Shown here: positions 44,313 through 55,138 of the stretch, one piece after another
Numbering within the stretch: the stretch's first letter is position 1
How the letters are laid out: each line of letters begins with the position of its first letter
Source of the DNA: Chloroflexota bacterium
GTDB lineage: Bacteria > Chloroflexota > Chloroflexia > Chloroflexales > Roseiflexaceae
Direction of reading: 5' to 3'
Assembly: GCA_030550675.1 (NCBI GenBank)
Contig: JAUQOW010000001.1
Coordinates: forward strand, 1 to 62,062
Length of the DNA stretch: 62,062 nt
The notes under the pieces: generated by a model
What the model was told of the DNA's origin: nothing
Database searches by the model: none
Seen by the model: only the letters and a program-made list of their open reading frames with translations
Position numbers and translations under genes: made by a program

Positions 44313-46310
44313 CTACAGGAGACTCTTCAGCTCTTCGGCCGCCTTGCGCGTCATTCCTGGCACGGCGGCGATTTCGTCAACGGTTGCGTTGCGAATGCCT
44401 TCGAGCGAACCGAAGCGTTTGAGCAGCAACTGGCGTCGTTTCGGTCCGATGCCGGGGATTTCTTCCAGGCGCGACGCAGTCGCCGATTTACTGCGCAGTT
44501 TGCGGTGGTAATCCTTGGCGAAGCGATCGGCTTCCTCGTCAATCTGGCGGATGAGACGCAACGCCGCGCTGTCGCGCTCAAGGACGATGAGATCGCTGGC
44601 GCCGGGCATCAGCAGATCGAAGCGGTCGCGGTTTGGACCCTTGACCACCCCGACGACGGGAATATGGTCAAAGCGCAATTCGCGCAGCACCTGCAGTGCG
44701 CCATTCACCTGCCCGATGCCGCCGTCGATCAGAATGAGATCCGGCAGTTCAGCCCAGGTTTCCTGGCGTTCGAGGTCAGCGCGCGACCCTGGCGCGTCGG
44801 TCTTCTCCGTCTCTTCCTGGTCTACGGCATCGGTCTGCCCATTGACGGCGCGTTCGCCCGTTGCCTGTTCCTCTTCGCCAATGACCATGGCGGCGCGCCG
44901 AAAGCGCCGCCGCAGCACTTCCTGGATCGAGGCGACATCATTCGCGCCTTCGACAGTTTTGATGCGGAACTTGCGGTAGCGGCTTTTCTTCGGTTCGCCA
45001 TGCTCGAAGACGACCATCGCCCCGACTGAATGGCTGCCCTGGGTGTTGGAGACATCGAAACACTCAATGCGCGTCGGCAGCGCGCTCAAGCCCAGCAGGT
45101 CGCGCACTTCGGTCAAGCCTGCCACAGCGCGTTGCTCGCTGTTGAGCCATTGCAGGCGGAGTTCGTCAAGCTTCTGGCGGGCGTTCTGTTCGGCAAGTTC
45201 GACGAGGCGGCGCTTTTCGCCGCGCTGCGGCGCGTGCAATGCGATCTTGCGTCCTGTTTTTTGCGCCAGCCATTGCTCAATGATTGCCGGATCGTCGAGC
45301 GGCGTCGGCAGCAGCACCGTCGCCGGGATTTCGGCGGCTGCGTCGTAGAACTGGGTCAGGAACGAGGCAAGCAGGTCTTCGCTACGCTCCCCTTCGGCGT
45401 TTTGCAGCGGGAACGACTCGGCGCTGATTAACTTTCCGGCGCGAATACAGAGCACCTGGACAACCGCCATTCCCTCTTCGCGCGCCAGCCCGATCACATC
45501 CTGGTCGGCGTCATCGTGGCGCAGCACCTGCTGGCGCTGGCTGATCAGTTCAATATCGCGGATACTGTCGCGCAGTCGCGCAGCGCGCTCAAAGTCGAGC
45601 CGTTCCGCCGCTTCTTCCATCTGGCGGCGCAACGTCTTCACGACCAGATCGCTCTTCCCTTCGAGAAACCGGCAGACCAACTCAATGGTCGCGCGGTATT
45701 CGTCCTGGTTTACCAGACCCGGCACGCATGGACCAAGGCACCGCTTGATGTCGTAGTACAGGCAGGGTTTGCCCAGCCGCCGATGGCGGTTGAACTTGTC
45801 GTCGGGGCAGCGCGACGGCGGACGAAAAGCGAACAGCCGGTTGAGCTGGTCGAGCGTCCGGTAAACGGCGCCGGCGCTGGAGTAGGGTCCGAAATAGCGC
45901 GCACCTTCCTCCCAGCGCGGATTGCGCGTTGCGAAAATGCGGGGCCATGGCTCGTTCAGCGTCACCTTGATGTACGGATAACTCTTATCGTCCTTCAGCA
46001 GCACATTGAAGCGCGGACGGTGCTGCTTGATGAGGGTCATTTCGAGCAGCAGCGCTTCAAGTTCGGTAGATGTTACAATCACCTGAAAATCGGCGATCTG
46101 CGCGACAAGCCGGGCTGTCTTGCCATGAAAATCGTCAGAGTGGTTAAAGTAGGAACGCATGCGGTCGCGCAGCCGCTTGCTCTTGCCAACATAAATAATT
46201 TTGCCCTGGGCGTTTTTCCAGAGATAGACGCCAGGCGCGAGCGGCACGGCGCGCAACCGTTCCTCAAAAGCGACGGGATCGGCAATCGAGGTGTGCGTAA
46301 GGTCGGGCAT
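44313..46310 (-). CDS. uvrC: Excinuclease ABC subunit C
   Basis: GIY-YIG (PGVYLW, YVGKSK), UVR motif, [13 protein letters not shown], HhH C-terminus. Confidence 0.97.
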   Translation of the reverse strand: MPDLTHTSIADPVAFEERLRAVPLAPGVYLWKNAQGKIIYVGKSKRLRDRMRSYFNHSDDFHGKTARLVAQIADFQVIVTSTELEALLLEMTLIKQHRPRFNVLLKDDKSYPYIKVTLNEPWPRIFATRNPRWEEGARYFGPYSSAGAVYRTLDQLNRLFAFRPPSRCPDDKFNRHRRLGKPCLYYDIKRCLGPCVPGLVNQDEYRATIELVCRFLEGKSDLVVKTLRRQMEEAAERLDFERAARLRDSIRDIELISQRQQVLRHDDADQDVIGLAREEGMAVVQVLCIRAGKLISAESFPLQNAEGERSEDLLASFLTQFYDAAAEIPATVLLPTPLDDPAIIEQWLAQKTGRKIALHAPQRGEKRRLVELAEQNARQKLDELRLQWLNSEQRAVAGLTEVRDLLGLSALPTRIECFDVSNTQGSHSVGAMVVFEHGEPKKSRYRKFRIKTVEGANDVASIQEVLRRRFRRAAMVIGEEEQATGERAVNGQTDAVDQEETEKTDAPGSRADLERQETWAELPDLILIDGGIGQVNGALQVLRELRFDHIPVVGVVKGPNRDRFDLLMPGASDLIVLERDSAALRLIRQIDEEADRFAKDYHRKLRSKSATASRLEEIPGIGPKRRQLLLKRFGSLEGIRNATVDEIAAVPGMTRKAAEELKSLL

Positions 46311-46421
46311 AGCCCTATTATACCATTTTCAAACGCGACCCATCGCCTGGAAAAAAAGTGGTACAATCGCAGATGCACCTCGAACATCTCTCAGGATAAA
46401 CGATCACGGAAGGACGGAGCC

Positions 46422-48101
46422 ATGTCCAGCGACCTCAAACGTCACAGCCGCACGATTACCGATGGGCGCACCCGCGCAGGGGCGCGCGCGATGCTCAAGG
46501 CGATCGGATTTACCGACGAGGACCTGGCAAAGCCGATCATTGGCATTGCCAATACCTGGATCGAGACAATGCCGTGCAACATCAACCTGCGCGCGCTGGC
46601 GGCGCGGGTCAAGGAGGGTGTGCGCGCGGCAGGCGGCACGCCGATGGAGTTCAACACGGTCGCCATCGCCGACGGCGTCACGATGGGCACGGAAGGAATG
46701 AAGGCATCGCTGATCAGCCGCGATCTGATCGCCGATTCCATCGAACTCATGGGACGCGGCTATATGTTCGATGCGATGATAGCGCTGGTGGCATGCGACA
46801 AGACGATCCCCGGCGCGGCGATGGGATTGACGCGCCTGAACATCCCCGGTTTTCTGCTCTACGGCGGCTCGATTGCGCCCGGTCATTGGCGCGGCAAAGA
46901 GATCACGATTCAGCACGTGTATGAGGCGATTGGCGCAGTCGCGGCGGGCAAAATGACCGACGAGGAACTGAAGGAGATTGAGGACGCGGCGTGCCCCGGT
47001 CCTGGCGCGTGCGGCGGTCAGTATACCGCAAACACGATGGCGACGGTCATGGAGATCATCGGGCTGTCGCCAATGGGCACGGCGTCGGTGCCAGCCGCCG
47101 ACCCGCGCAAGGACTCGGTCGGCTACCGCGCCGGTCAGTTGATTATGGACGTGCTGCGACGCGACCTGAAGCCGCGCGACATTCTGACGCGCGCCGCGTT
47201 TGAGAATGCGATCGCCAGCGTGGCGTTGACTGGCGGTTCGACCAATGCGGTGCTCCATCTGCTGGCGCTGGCGCGTGAAGCTGGCGTGCCCCTGTCGCTC
47301 GACGACTTCGATGCGATCAGCCGCCGCACCCCGCTCTGCTGCGATCTAATGCCGAGCGGTAAATACTCTGCCATTCACGTTGATCAGGCAGGCGGCATTC
47401 AGGTGATCGCCAAACGGCTCGTCGATGGCGGTTTTGCGCATGGCGATGCGATCACCGTCACCGGCCGCACGCTGGCGGAAGAGGCGGCGGATGCTGTCGA
47501 GACGCCGGGTCAGGACGTGATCCGTCCGCTTGACAATCCGATCAAGCCAAATGGCGGGTTGCTGGTGCTGCGCGGCAACCTGGCCCCCGAAGGATCGGTC
47601 GTCAAACTGTTTGGCTACGAACGCACCTACCATCGCGGTCCGGCGCGAGTCTTCGACAGCGAAGAGGCGGCGATGGCCGCAATCGTTGGCGGCGAGATTC
47701 GTCCTGATGATATTGTGGTTATCCGCTACGAAGGACCGCGCGGCGGTCCCGGCATGCGCGAGATGCTCGGCGTCACCTCGGCGATCGTCGGCGCCGGTCT
47801 TGGTCAGTCGGTCTCGCTCATTACCGATGGGCGCTTCAGCGGCGCGACGCGCGGCGTGATGATCGGACACGTGGCGCCAGAGGCGGCGCGCGGCGGACCG
47901 ATTGCGATCGTGCGCGAGGGCGATGAGATCGAAATCAACCTGGACGAGCGCCGTGTTGATCTGCTGCTCTCGGAAGAGGAGATCGCCGACCGGCTGATCG
48001 CCTGGCAGCCGCCGGCGCCGCGCTACGAGTGGGGCGTGATGGCGCGCTATAGCGCGCTGGTGTCATCGGCGTCAGAAGGCGCAGTGCTGGTGACGCCGTA
48101 G
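46422..48101 (+). CDS. ilvD: Dihydroxy-acid dehydratase
   Basis: [46 protein letters not shown]. Confidence 0.96.
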   Translation: MSSDLKRHSRTITDGRTRAGARAMLKAIGFTDEDLAKPIIGIANTWIETMPCNINLRALAARVKEGVRAAGGTPMEFNTVAIADGVTMGTEGMKASLISRDLIADSIELMGRGYMFDAMIALVACDKTIPGAAMGLTRLNIPGFLLYGGSIAPGHWRGKEITIQHVYEAIGAVAAGKMTDEELKEIEDAACPGPGACGGQYTANTMATVMEIIGLSPMGTASVPAADPRKDSVGYRAGQLIMDVLRRDLKPRDILTRAAFENAIASVALTGGSTNAVLHLLALAREAGVPLSLDDFDAISRRTPLCCDLMPSGKYSAIHVDQAGGIQVIAKRLVDGGFAHGDAITVTGRTLAEEAADAVETPGQDVIRPLDNPIKPNGGLLVLRGNLAPEGSVVKLFGYERTYHRGPARVFDSEEAAMAAIVGGEIRPDDIVVIRYEGPRGGPGMREMLGVTSAIVGAGLGQSVSLITDGRFSGATRGVMIGHVAPEAARGGPIAIVREGDEIEINLDERRVDLLLSEEEIADRLIAWQPPAPRYEWGVMARYSALVSSASEGAVLVTP

Positions 48102-48137
48102 TTCTTGGGCGGAAACGCTAAAGCACCGCTTAGAAAA

Positions 48138-48209
48138 TGATGCGAAGGCGCGAAGACGCAAAGGGCGTTATAGACTGTGAGGCTTCGCGCCCCTGCGTCT
48201 TCGCGTCAA
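48138..48209. repeat. 8-bp-unit inverted-repeat hairpin between convergent ilvD and rpiA
   Basis: tgatgcgaaggcgcgaagacgcaaag ... cttcgcgcccctgcgtcttcgcgtcaa. Confidence 0.75.
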
Positions 48210-48232
48210 TCGTATGAAACATATCGTATTCC

Positions 48233-48925
48233 CTAACTATCCGCCCACAACTCCACGACCCCATCGGGACCCGCGATCACCGCCAGCGAGGCCATGCCAA
48301 GGAACAGCCCATGCGCTACAACCCCCGGAATGGCGCAGATCGCGGCTGCAAGCGCCTCCGGATCGGCAATAACGCCAAAGTGGCAGTCGAGGATCATGTG
48401 ACCCTCATCGGTCACAAACGGCGAACCAGTGCGGTCGCGGCGCAACACCGGCTCCGCGCCAAGCGCCGCCAGGCGACGCATGCAGAGCGGCACGCCGAAC
48501 GCCACTACCTCGACCGGAAGCGGTGATCGTTCCCCCAGGCGCTGAACGCGCTTACTGACGCTTGCCATCACGATAAACCGTTCCGCCGATGCTGCGACGA
48601 TCTTTTCGCGCAGCATCGCCCCGCCCAACCCCTTGATCAGTCGCAGGTGCGGGTCGACTTCATCGGCGCCATCCAGCGCCAGATCGAGGATCGGATGCTG
48701 ATCGAGCGTCGTCAGCGGAATGCCCAATTCGCGCGCCAGCGCCGCAGTCTGCTCCGACGTCGGCACACCAACGATCCGTTGCAGGCGGCCCTCAGCCAGG
48801 CGCGCTGCAAGCCCTCGCAGCATGAAGGAAGCTGTCGAGCCGGTGCCCAGGCCAATCGCCATGCCGTTCTCGACATAGTCGAGCGCGCGTTCCGCGGCGC
48901 GCTGACGGTACAGATTGTCGTCCAC
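48233..48925 (-). CDS. rpiA: Ribose-5-phosphate isomerase A
   Basis: GLGTGST, DGADEVD, KGLGGA..REK. Confidence 0.96.
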   Translation of the reverse strand: MDDNLYRQRAAERALDYVENGMAIGLGTGSTASFMLRGLAARLAEGRLQRIVGVPTSEQTAALARELGIPLTTLDQHPILDLALDGADEVDPHLRLIKGLGGAMLREKIVAASAERFIVMASVSKRVQRLGERSPLPVEVVAFGVPLCMRRLAALGAEPVLRRDRTGSPFVTDEGHMILDCHFGVIADPEALAAAICAIPGVVAHGLFLGMASLAVIAGPDGVVELWADS

Positions 48926-48937
48926 GTCGTCTCCTGT

Positions 48938-49312
48938 TTATTCCCGCGATACTACGATGCGAAGGCGCTGCGATTGATGCAGCGTGCAGATCAGTTCATA
49001 CGTTCCAGGATTGTAATAGCGCTGCTCGAACTGCTGACCTGGATCAATCTTGAAGGGACCAACCTGAATCGGCTGCACGTCCTCATTGCGGATCACAAGC
49101 GTATCTTTCCCCCGAAGCGACAGTTCGATGGTCTGCGGCAGAATCTCAAGTTGTTCGCCAGCCGCGAGGCGCGCCACGCTGCCCGGCGGCACGGTGAAGA
49201 CCAGATACCGGTCAGCGCTGCGCCGTTGGTTGTCGTACCAGATGCCCGCGCCGGCGCCGCTGATCGCAATCAGCGCCAGGATCACCGGCATCACGCGATG
49301 GACCGACCACAT
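48938..49312 (-). CDS. Membrane-anchored cupredoxin-like hypothetical protein
   Basis: N-terminal TM; PGTYELICTLH C-terminal motif; 3 bp downstream of the SCO gene. Confidence 0.6.
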   Translation of the reverse strand: MWSVHRVMPVILALIAISGAGAGIWYDNQRRSADRYLVFTVPPGSVARLAAGEQLEILPQTIELSLRGKDTLVIRNEDVQPIQVGPFKIDPGQQFEQRYYNPGTYELICTLHQSQRLRIVVSRE

Positions 49313-49315
49313 GGC

Positions 49316-49909
49316 TCAGGCGCCTCCACGTCGCACGAGGTAACGCAGATCGCTGACGATGTCGTCCACCGGCATGCCATGGGTGAAGAGCAGACGCCAG
49401 CGTCCGGCGGCGTCGATCACATAAATGAACGTTGAATGATCAATCGTATAGCCTAGCGCCGATCCAGGCAGGTCGCGCCGCATATAGGTGACGCCATAAT
49501 CCTTGACAACCGGTTCAAGTTCCGTTTCGCTGCCGCGCACCCCGATGAACGTGGGGTCGAACGCCGTGACGTACCGCTTCAGGCGTTCCGGCGTGTCGCG
49601 GTCCGGGTCGAGCGAGACGAAGACCCCCTGCACCTTCTCGGCATCCGCACCCAGTTTACGACGAGCAGCCGCCATGTCGGAAAGCGCAGCCGGACACATG
49701 TCGGGGCAGTTGGTGAAGCCAAAAAACAGGATGACAACTTTACCGCGGTGATCGCTCAGATGGAATGGGTTGCCGTCGAAGTCGGTCAGAGTAAAATCCG
49801 GCGCCTCCTTGGGCGGATCGAGCGTCACGCCACGAAACTCATAACTGCCGCACGCACTGACGATTGCGGCGAGCGCGAGCAGCAGCGCTATGCGAACACT
49901 ACGCAACAT
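49316..49909 (-). CDS. SCO1/SenC copper chaperone, lipoprotein
   Basis: VSAC lipobox, FGFTNCPDMCP, DPDRDT, IDHS. Confidence 0.95.
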   Translation of the reverse strand: MLRSVRIALLLALAAIVSACGSYEFRGVTLDPPKEAPDFTLTDFDGNPFHLSDHRGKVVILFFGFTNCPDMCPAALSDMAAARRKLGADAEKVQGVFVSLDPDRDTPERLKRYVTAFDPTFIGVRGSETELEPVVKDYGVTYMRRDLPGSALGYTIDHSTFIYVIDAAGRWRLLFTHGMPVDDIVSDLRYLVRRGGA

Positions 49910-50118
49910 GATCGTCCTTTCAGAACGCCGAACTGCCAGCGTTAAGCGTTATCTTTCGCAATCCCCGCATAGTATACCACTCGTAGAGATGTGGCGGATG
50001 GGGGTCATTCTGAGAGTCGATAATGCGTCCGTCGCGCACGGTTCCCGATCTGGTAAATGTCGTGTATCATGGTATCGTTAGCGCACGCTTTTTGAAATAT
50101 CTGGAGGACAGGAAACCC

Positions 50119-50493
50119 ATGCCAAAGCTAACGGTCGCCGGCAAAACAGCGGAATGGAGCGCAGACAAGCGGTTGGTCAATGCCATTGAAGACATGGGCA
50201 TCCATATCGGGCACCGATGCGGCGGTCAGGCGCGCTGCACGACCTGCCGGGTCGTATTCATTTCAGGCGAACCCGACACTATGACCGCAGCCGAATATCA
50301 GAAACTCAGCGAGCGCGGCTTGCTCGGTCAGTATCGCCTCTCCTGTCAGATCCTCTGCACGCACGATATGGAAGTCGAGCCAGTGATGACCCTGGAGAAC
50401 CAGGAAAACTGGAGCGACACCGGTCCGCGTCCGGCGGACACGGTCGAACCAGCGGCGGAGTGGTTTCCCAAATCGACGTTTGGAGCATCCTGA
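50119..50493 (+). CDS. 2Fe-2S ferredoxin
   Basis: HRCGGQARCTTC and RLSCQ; GGAGG RBS. Confidence 0.92.
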   Translation: MPKLTVAGKTAEWSADKRLVNAIEDMGIHIGHRCGGQARCTTCRVVFISGEPDTMTAAEYQKLSERGLLGQYRLSCQILCTHDMEVEPVMTLENQENWSDTGPRPADTVEPAAEWFPKSTFGAS

Positions 50494-53067
50494 TTATCGT
50501 TGCAGCGCATTCGCTTCCGCTTCGATCATCGCCAGCGCTGCTCTGCCGACATCATCGTTGATGGACGCGCGCCCGGTTGCAATCCGATAGCGCAGCGCCA
50601 CCAGCGCGGCAGTGCGGCGCACCCCCGGCGGTTCGCTGCGCGCGCGCGCCAGTTGACGCTGCAACTCTTCAATGAAGGCGGCGCTCGCTGCATTCCTGCC
50701 AGACGCGCCCGGCAGCGGCGGCTCGCGCCCAATCAGCAGCGCAGCGAGCGTCGCTGCGCCGATCTTCGACAGATGCTGATTGGCGTTCCCACACTTCGGC
50801 GACTGAATGCACGCCGGACATCCCTCGCTGCACGGACAGTCGACCAGCAACCGCCAGGTCTGCTCCCACCACTGCGTCGCCTGTTCGTACCCGACTTCGG
50901 CGATCCCTACGCCTCCTGGCACGCCATCGTAGACAAAGATCGTCGCAGCGCCGGTGTCGGGATGCGCATCAGTTGAAAGCCCGCCGATGTCGGCGCGATC
51001 GCACTGCGCGAAAAGCGGCAGCAACCCGATAGCAGCGTGTTCCATGGCGTGCAGCGCATCGAGGGCATTGTCGCACGCCTGCGCAACCCGGCGGCAGACG
51101 GCGTCCGGGATTGTCCACCAGACCGCGATTGTGCGAAATGTCTGCGGCGGCATGGTCAGTTCATGCTCGCTGATAACCTCGTCGGTGTAGTGTTTCTTGC
51201 GTTTGTAACCGACGACCTGACGGGTCACGTCAACCACCCCCAGCGAGATGGTCGCCGGTCCGACCTGGCGCTGCTGACGCACCTGGCGCACCGCAATCTC
51301 AGTTTCGTCGATGGTGCGGGTGTAGTACTCGACCTGTGCGCGCCGCGCCAGCGCCTGGCGAGGTTTCAACTCCTCGACGACATAGGTATCGCCCTGATGC
51401 ATGTAGACCGCGCCGGGGAAAACCTCGAACGGCGCGCGGGTGGCGGCGATCTGCTCAATCCGACGCCCGGAGTCGCTGTCAATCAGCTCAATCGGGTCGC
51501 CATCGGCGCTGCGGATATTCACGTTTGCGGCAGGACGGGCAGCGTCCGCATACGCGGCGCGACCGTCTGGCAGCGCCGTCAGTTCACCGCGTCGCAGCAA
51601 CCAGTCGCGCAGTTTTGCGAAGGTCGCGCCAAACCAGACCTCATCGGCGTCGTGCAGCGGCAATTCGGCAGCGGCGCAGCGCAACTGATCGCGCAAAATG
51701 TAGGGGTTATCCAGCGCAACCCGCGCGTGTTCATGCGGACGGCTGAAGAATTCCGCCGGATGCCGCATATAAAACTGGTCGAGCGGATCGTCCTGCGCCA
51801 CGAGCGCCGCCAGGCTCTTCCCCTGGGAGCGTCCGGCGCGTCCCGCCTGCTGCCAGGCGCTGGCGATCGTTCCCGGAAAGCCGCCGATCACAACTGCATC
51901 GACGCCGCCAATGTCAACCCCCAACTCAAGCGCATTGGTCGAGACCAGTCCGCGCAGATCGCCGCGAGCGAACGCCTGTTCCAGGCGACGGCGATCCTCG
52001 ACGGTATACCCGGCGCGATAGGCGGCGATCTGTTCAGCAAGCGGCGCTGGCTGATTACGACCGTGTTCTTCGTGCATGCCGTTTTCCAGCGTTTCACGCG
52101 CATAGCGCAGCACCAGTTCGGCGCCGCGCCGGGTGCGCGTAAACGCCAGCGTCTTGACGCCAGCGCGCACCAGAGTCGCCAGAAGATTTGCCGTTTCGAC
52201 GTTTGTGCTGCGCCGTTGACCGTTTTCCGGCAGCAGGGCGCGCATCCACGCCGGAACCCGCTGATTGTCGATCAATGGCGGATTCCAGAACAGGAAGGTG
52301 CGCTCCCCCTGCGGCGCGCCATCATCATCGATCACCTGCACGTCGTCGCCAATGAGCGCCGCCAGGTGCTGTTGCGGATTGGCGCTAGTCGCCGAGCAAC
52401 AGATGAACTGCGGCGCGCTGCCGTAATGGGCGCACAACCGCCGCAGTCGCCGCATGATCAGCGCAACGTGCGTGCCAAACACGCCGCGGTAGATATGCGC
52501 CTCATCAAGCACCACATAGCGCAACTGCGCCAGGACCCTCTGCCAGCGCGCGTGATCGGGCAGCAGCGTGCGATGAAGCAAGTCGGGGTTCGACAGGATG
52601 ATGTGCGCCCCGGCGCGCACCCGGTCGCGCGCGGCGCGCGGCGTATCGCCATCGAGCGTCGCCGCGCTCAACGCAGGACCGCCAGCGGCTCTGAGCGCCT
52701 CCAGCATCACGTTTAGCGCGCGCAGTTGATCGGCGGCAAGCGCCTTGGTAGGAAAGAGAAACAGCGCGCGAGCGGCGCGATCAGACAGTGCCGCTTCAAT
52801 TGTCGGCAACTGGTAGCAGAGCGTCTTTCCCGAAGCCGTCGCCGTCACAATGCCGACGTGACGACCGGCGCGCGCAGCATCGAGCGCAGCTGCCTGATGG
52901 GTGTAGAGGCGGGAAATGCCGCGCGCGGCGAGCGCGGCGGCGAGCGGCGGCGGCAGCGGCGCCGACGGTTCAGCGTAGCGCGCAGCGCGTGCGGGCAACT
53001 GTTCAATATGGACAATCTGGTTGTGGTAACCGCGTGCACTGCGGAGAATTCCGACGAAATCGGTCAT
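50494..53067 (-). CDS. DEAD/DEAH-box helicase with DUF1998 (MrfA/SftH/Hrq1-like)
   Basis: TASGKT, DEAH, SAT, LELGVDIG, QAGRAGR, C-terminal CPCSEGCPAC. Confidence 0.92.
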   Translation of the reverse strand: MTDFVGILRSARGYHNQIVHIEQLPARAARYAEPSAPLPPPLAAALAARGISRLYTHQAAALDAARAGRHVGIVTATASGKTLCYQLPTIEAALSDRAARALFLFPTKALAADQLRALNVMLEALRAAGGPALSAATLDGDTPRAARDRVRAGAHIILSNPDLLHRTLLPDHARWQRVLAQLRYVVLDEAHIYRGVFGTHVALIMRRLRRLCAHYGSAPQFICCSATSANPQQHLAALIGDDVQVIDDDGAPQGERTFLFWNPPLIDNQRVPAWMRALLPENGQRRSTNVETANLLATLVRAGVKTLAFTRTRRGAELVLRYARETLENGMHEEHGRNQPAPLAEQIAAYRAGYTVEDRRRLEQAFARGDLRGLVSTNALELGVDIGGVDAVVIGGFPGTIASAWQQAGRAGRSQGKSLAALVAQDDPLDQFYMRHPAEFFSRPHEHARVALDNPYILRDQLRCAAAELPLHDADEVWFGATFAKLRDWLLRRGELTALPDGRAAYADAARPAANVNIRSADGDPIELIDSDSGRRIEQIAATRAPFEVFPGAVYMHQGDTYVVEELKPRQALARRAQVEYYTRTIDETEIAVRQVRQQRQVGPATISLGVVDVTRQVVGYKRKKHYTDEVISEHELTMPPQTFRTIAVWWTIPDAVCRRVAQACDNALDALHAMEHAAIGLLPLFAQCDRADIGGLSTDAHPDTGAATIFVYDGVPGGVGIAEVGYEQATQWWEQTWRLLVDCPCSEGCPACIQSPKCGNANQHLSKIGAATLAALLIGREPPLPGASGRNAASAAFIEELQRQLARARSEPPGVRRTAALVALRYRIATGRASINDDVGRAALAMIEAEANALQR

Positions 53068-53373
53068 TCTGGGTTTTATCTGATTCTCCCTATCAGACGC
53101 TATGTCGCTGCCAGGGTAGATTTTTGGAGAGCGCACTCTCTGCGCCTCTCCACCCTGCCATCATCGCACGGGACGGAACAGATGTCAAATCTGGACAGTA
53201 CGACTTCCATTCGTGCGATACCGGATCGTAATCAGCCTTATACACGTTTGCGTTGGTTACAATCCGGTTTTAGCATACGATCAACACGATACCATAACGC
53301 AATGTTCTTTAGTACGACAAAAGCCACGATGCTTCCATCACGTTCTGCACCTGTCAATGACAGTGAGGTCGCC

Positions 53374-54123
53374 ATGCGTCGCGCCTGCCCTCGACCGTGC
53401 CCGTTTGTGCAGCGCTATCGTCACGATCTGATTCGTCTCCGCGATCACCTGGCTGAAGGACACCGATGCGCCGATGCCTGGATAGCGTTGACGCACCTGG
53501 CGCCCGAACCCTGGCAACGCCTGGACTGTCTGGAGCGCGCGTCCGCCATCGATCCCGACGATCAGAACCTGCATATCGCATACCTTGAACATTATATCGT
53601 GTTGCACCCTGAAGACACGCAGGCGGCTGAGGAACTGCGGGAGGCAAGGGCTCGTCGCGCCCTGGAGCGCTATAAGCCACGCATTTTTCGCCACCAGGAC
53701 GCCTCACAACCTATTGGCGTCATTCTGCGTGCACTCCGCGCCGTGAGCGACGCCGACCTCGAAGTGGCGCTGGAAGATCAGGAACGACTCCGGCGCATGG
53801 GGCGACCGATGCTTCTGGGCGATCTCCTTGTTCTGCGCGGCAAAACGGCGCCAGAGGCGCTGGCGCGCGCACTGACGCTGCAAAGCCGCCTTCGCGCCGC
53901 CAGCGGGGCAAACCCGCGCACACTGAGCGAGCACCTGATTGCGCAGGGACACGTCACTCCCGAACAACTCGAACGCGCCCTGCTCGAACAGATCCATCTC
54001 CGCGCATCAGGGAACCACGAGCCGCTCGGCGAAATCCTGCTGCGCCACGGCGCAGTCGATGCAACCATTCTGCGACACGCTTTCCAGCGGTACATGCACG
54101 ATGCGATGACCGCGTTCGTGTGA
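53374..54123 (+). CDS. Hypothetical protein: TPR-like N-terminus plus four MshEN-like motifs
   Basis: GAGG RBS; PIGVIL..L..AL..Q, LLGDLLVLRG..L..AL..Q, TLSEHLIAQGHV..QL..AL..Q, PLGEILLRHGAV. Confidence 0.75.
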   Translation: MRRACPRPCPFVQRYRHDLIRLRDHLAEGHRCADAWIALTHLAPEPWQRLDCLERASAIDPDDQNLHIAYLEHYIVLHPEDTQAAEELREARARRALERYKPRIFRHQDASQPIGVILRALRAVSDADLEVALEDQERLRRMGRPMLLGDLLVLRGKTAPEALARALTLQSRLRAASGANPRTLSEHLIAQGHVTPEQLERALLEQIHLRASGNHEPLGEILLRHGAVDATILRHAFQRYMHDAMTAFV

Positions 54124-54140
54124 AACCGGGCGGATAGCGT

Positions 54141-54266
54141 GATCAACCAAAACCCAGACCGTCACGCCTGCACCTGTGGAGCGGCCAGCGTGGGCTTCGA
54201 CAGGCTCAGCCCACGCCAATCACGAGGCAGTCAATGTGCGCGAGATTGTTTAATGGCAGGATGATC
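54141..54266. mobile_element. MITE-like element (family A)
   Basis: gatcaaccaaaa...cacgcctgcacct...gggct-tcgacaggctc-agccc...gatc. Confidence 0.7.
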
Positions 54267-54335
54267 GTCCTTTGAGAAGCTCTCCCCAAAACTGGTATAC
54301 TACGAATGCAGAAGTATACTCTTCAGGACGATGCC

Positions 54336-54992
54336 ATGGCGCTCGCTGCAATTCTATTTGACCTTGACGGCACGCTCTACTCGCGCTCTACCGGCGTTCA
54401 GCAAGCCCTGGACGAGCGCATGAACATCTACGTGCAGCAGGTCACCGGATGCACCCTCGACGAAGCGCCTGCGCTACGCCGCTCGTGGTTTACTCACTAT
54501 GGCACGACTCTTGCCGGGTTGCAGCGTGAGTACCGCATCGACGTTGAAGATTACCTGCGCGTCATTCACGACATTCGCCTCGACGCTTTTCTGAGGCGCG
54601 ACCCTGAACTCGATGCGCTGCTCGACCGGCTTGACCTTCGACGCGCGATTTTCACCAATTCGCCCGCCGAGCATGCCGCGCGGGTGCTGCGCACGCTTGG
54701 CGTGGCGCAGCACTTTCCGCTCATTTTCGATATTCGCTTCTTCGAGTTCCAGCCAAAGCCAGACTTGCGCGCCTACACCCGCGCCCTCGACGCGCTCGGC
54801 GTTGCTGCCAGCGAGACGTTACTGATTGAAGACACGCCTCAAAACCTTTCTCCGGCGCGTGAGTTGGGCATGCGCACCATTCTGATCGATGAACAGGGCG
54901 CACATACCCCTGATGGCATCGCCGATCACGTTGCGCCCGACATTCGCGCTGCACTGCGCGTGGTGCTGAATGGCGGCGTTAACCTGATGTGA
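54336..54992 (+). CDS. HAD-family pyrimidine 5'-nucleotidase-like hydrolase
   Basis: FDLDGTLY, YGTTLAGL, FTN, KP, IEDTPQNL. Confidence 0.9.
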   Translation: MALAAILFDLDGTLYSRSTGVQQALDERMNIYVQQVTGCTLDEAPALRRSWFTHYGTTLAGLQREYRIDVEDYLRVIHDIRLDAFLRRDPELDALLDRLDLRRAIFTNSPAEHAARVLRTLGVAQHFPLIFDIRFFEFQPKPDLRAYTRALDALGVAASETLLIEDTPQNLSPARELGMRTILIDEQGAHTPDGIADHVAPDIRAALRVVLNGGVNLM

Positions 54993-55138
54993 CCTGTCAG
55001 GGCGGGTTTTTGACATGCAACTTCTTGCCGGCAATCCGCAGAGACAGGGTCAGATAGCGACGATTCGCCAGCCGTCAGCGAATCGTCGTCACCTTTGCCT
55101 GAATGCTTGACGAGGCGGCGCGACGAGATCCGCCGCTC

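Noticed and set aside
45516-46421. N-terminal extension of IlvD in the 861-aa ORF
   Set aside because: Overlaps uvrC antisense; the start with an RBS is at 46422
50494-53067. DUF1998 helicase as a DISARM/Druantia defence component
   Set aside because: No partner defence genes; architecture fits a stand-alone MrfA/SftH-type repair helicase
53177-53188. GAAC-agat-GTCA as a LexA box for the DUF1998 helicase
   Set aside because: Two mismatches to consensus; too weak without comparative data
52726-53373. N-terminal extension of the MshEN-like ORF
   Set aside because: Overlaps the helicase antisense; RBS and ATG at 53374 fit better
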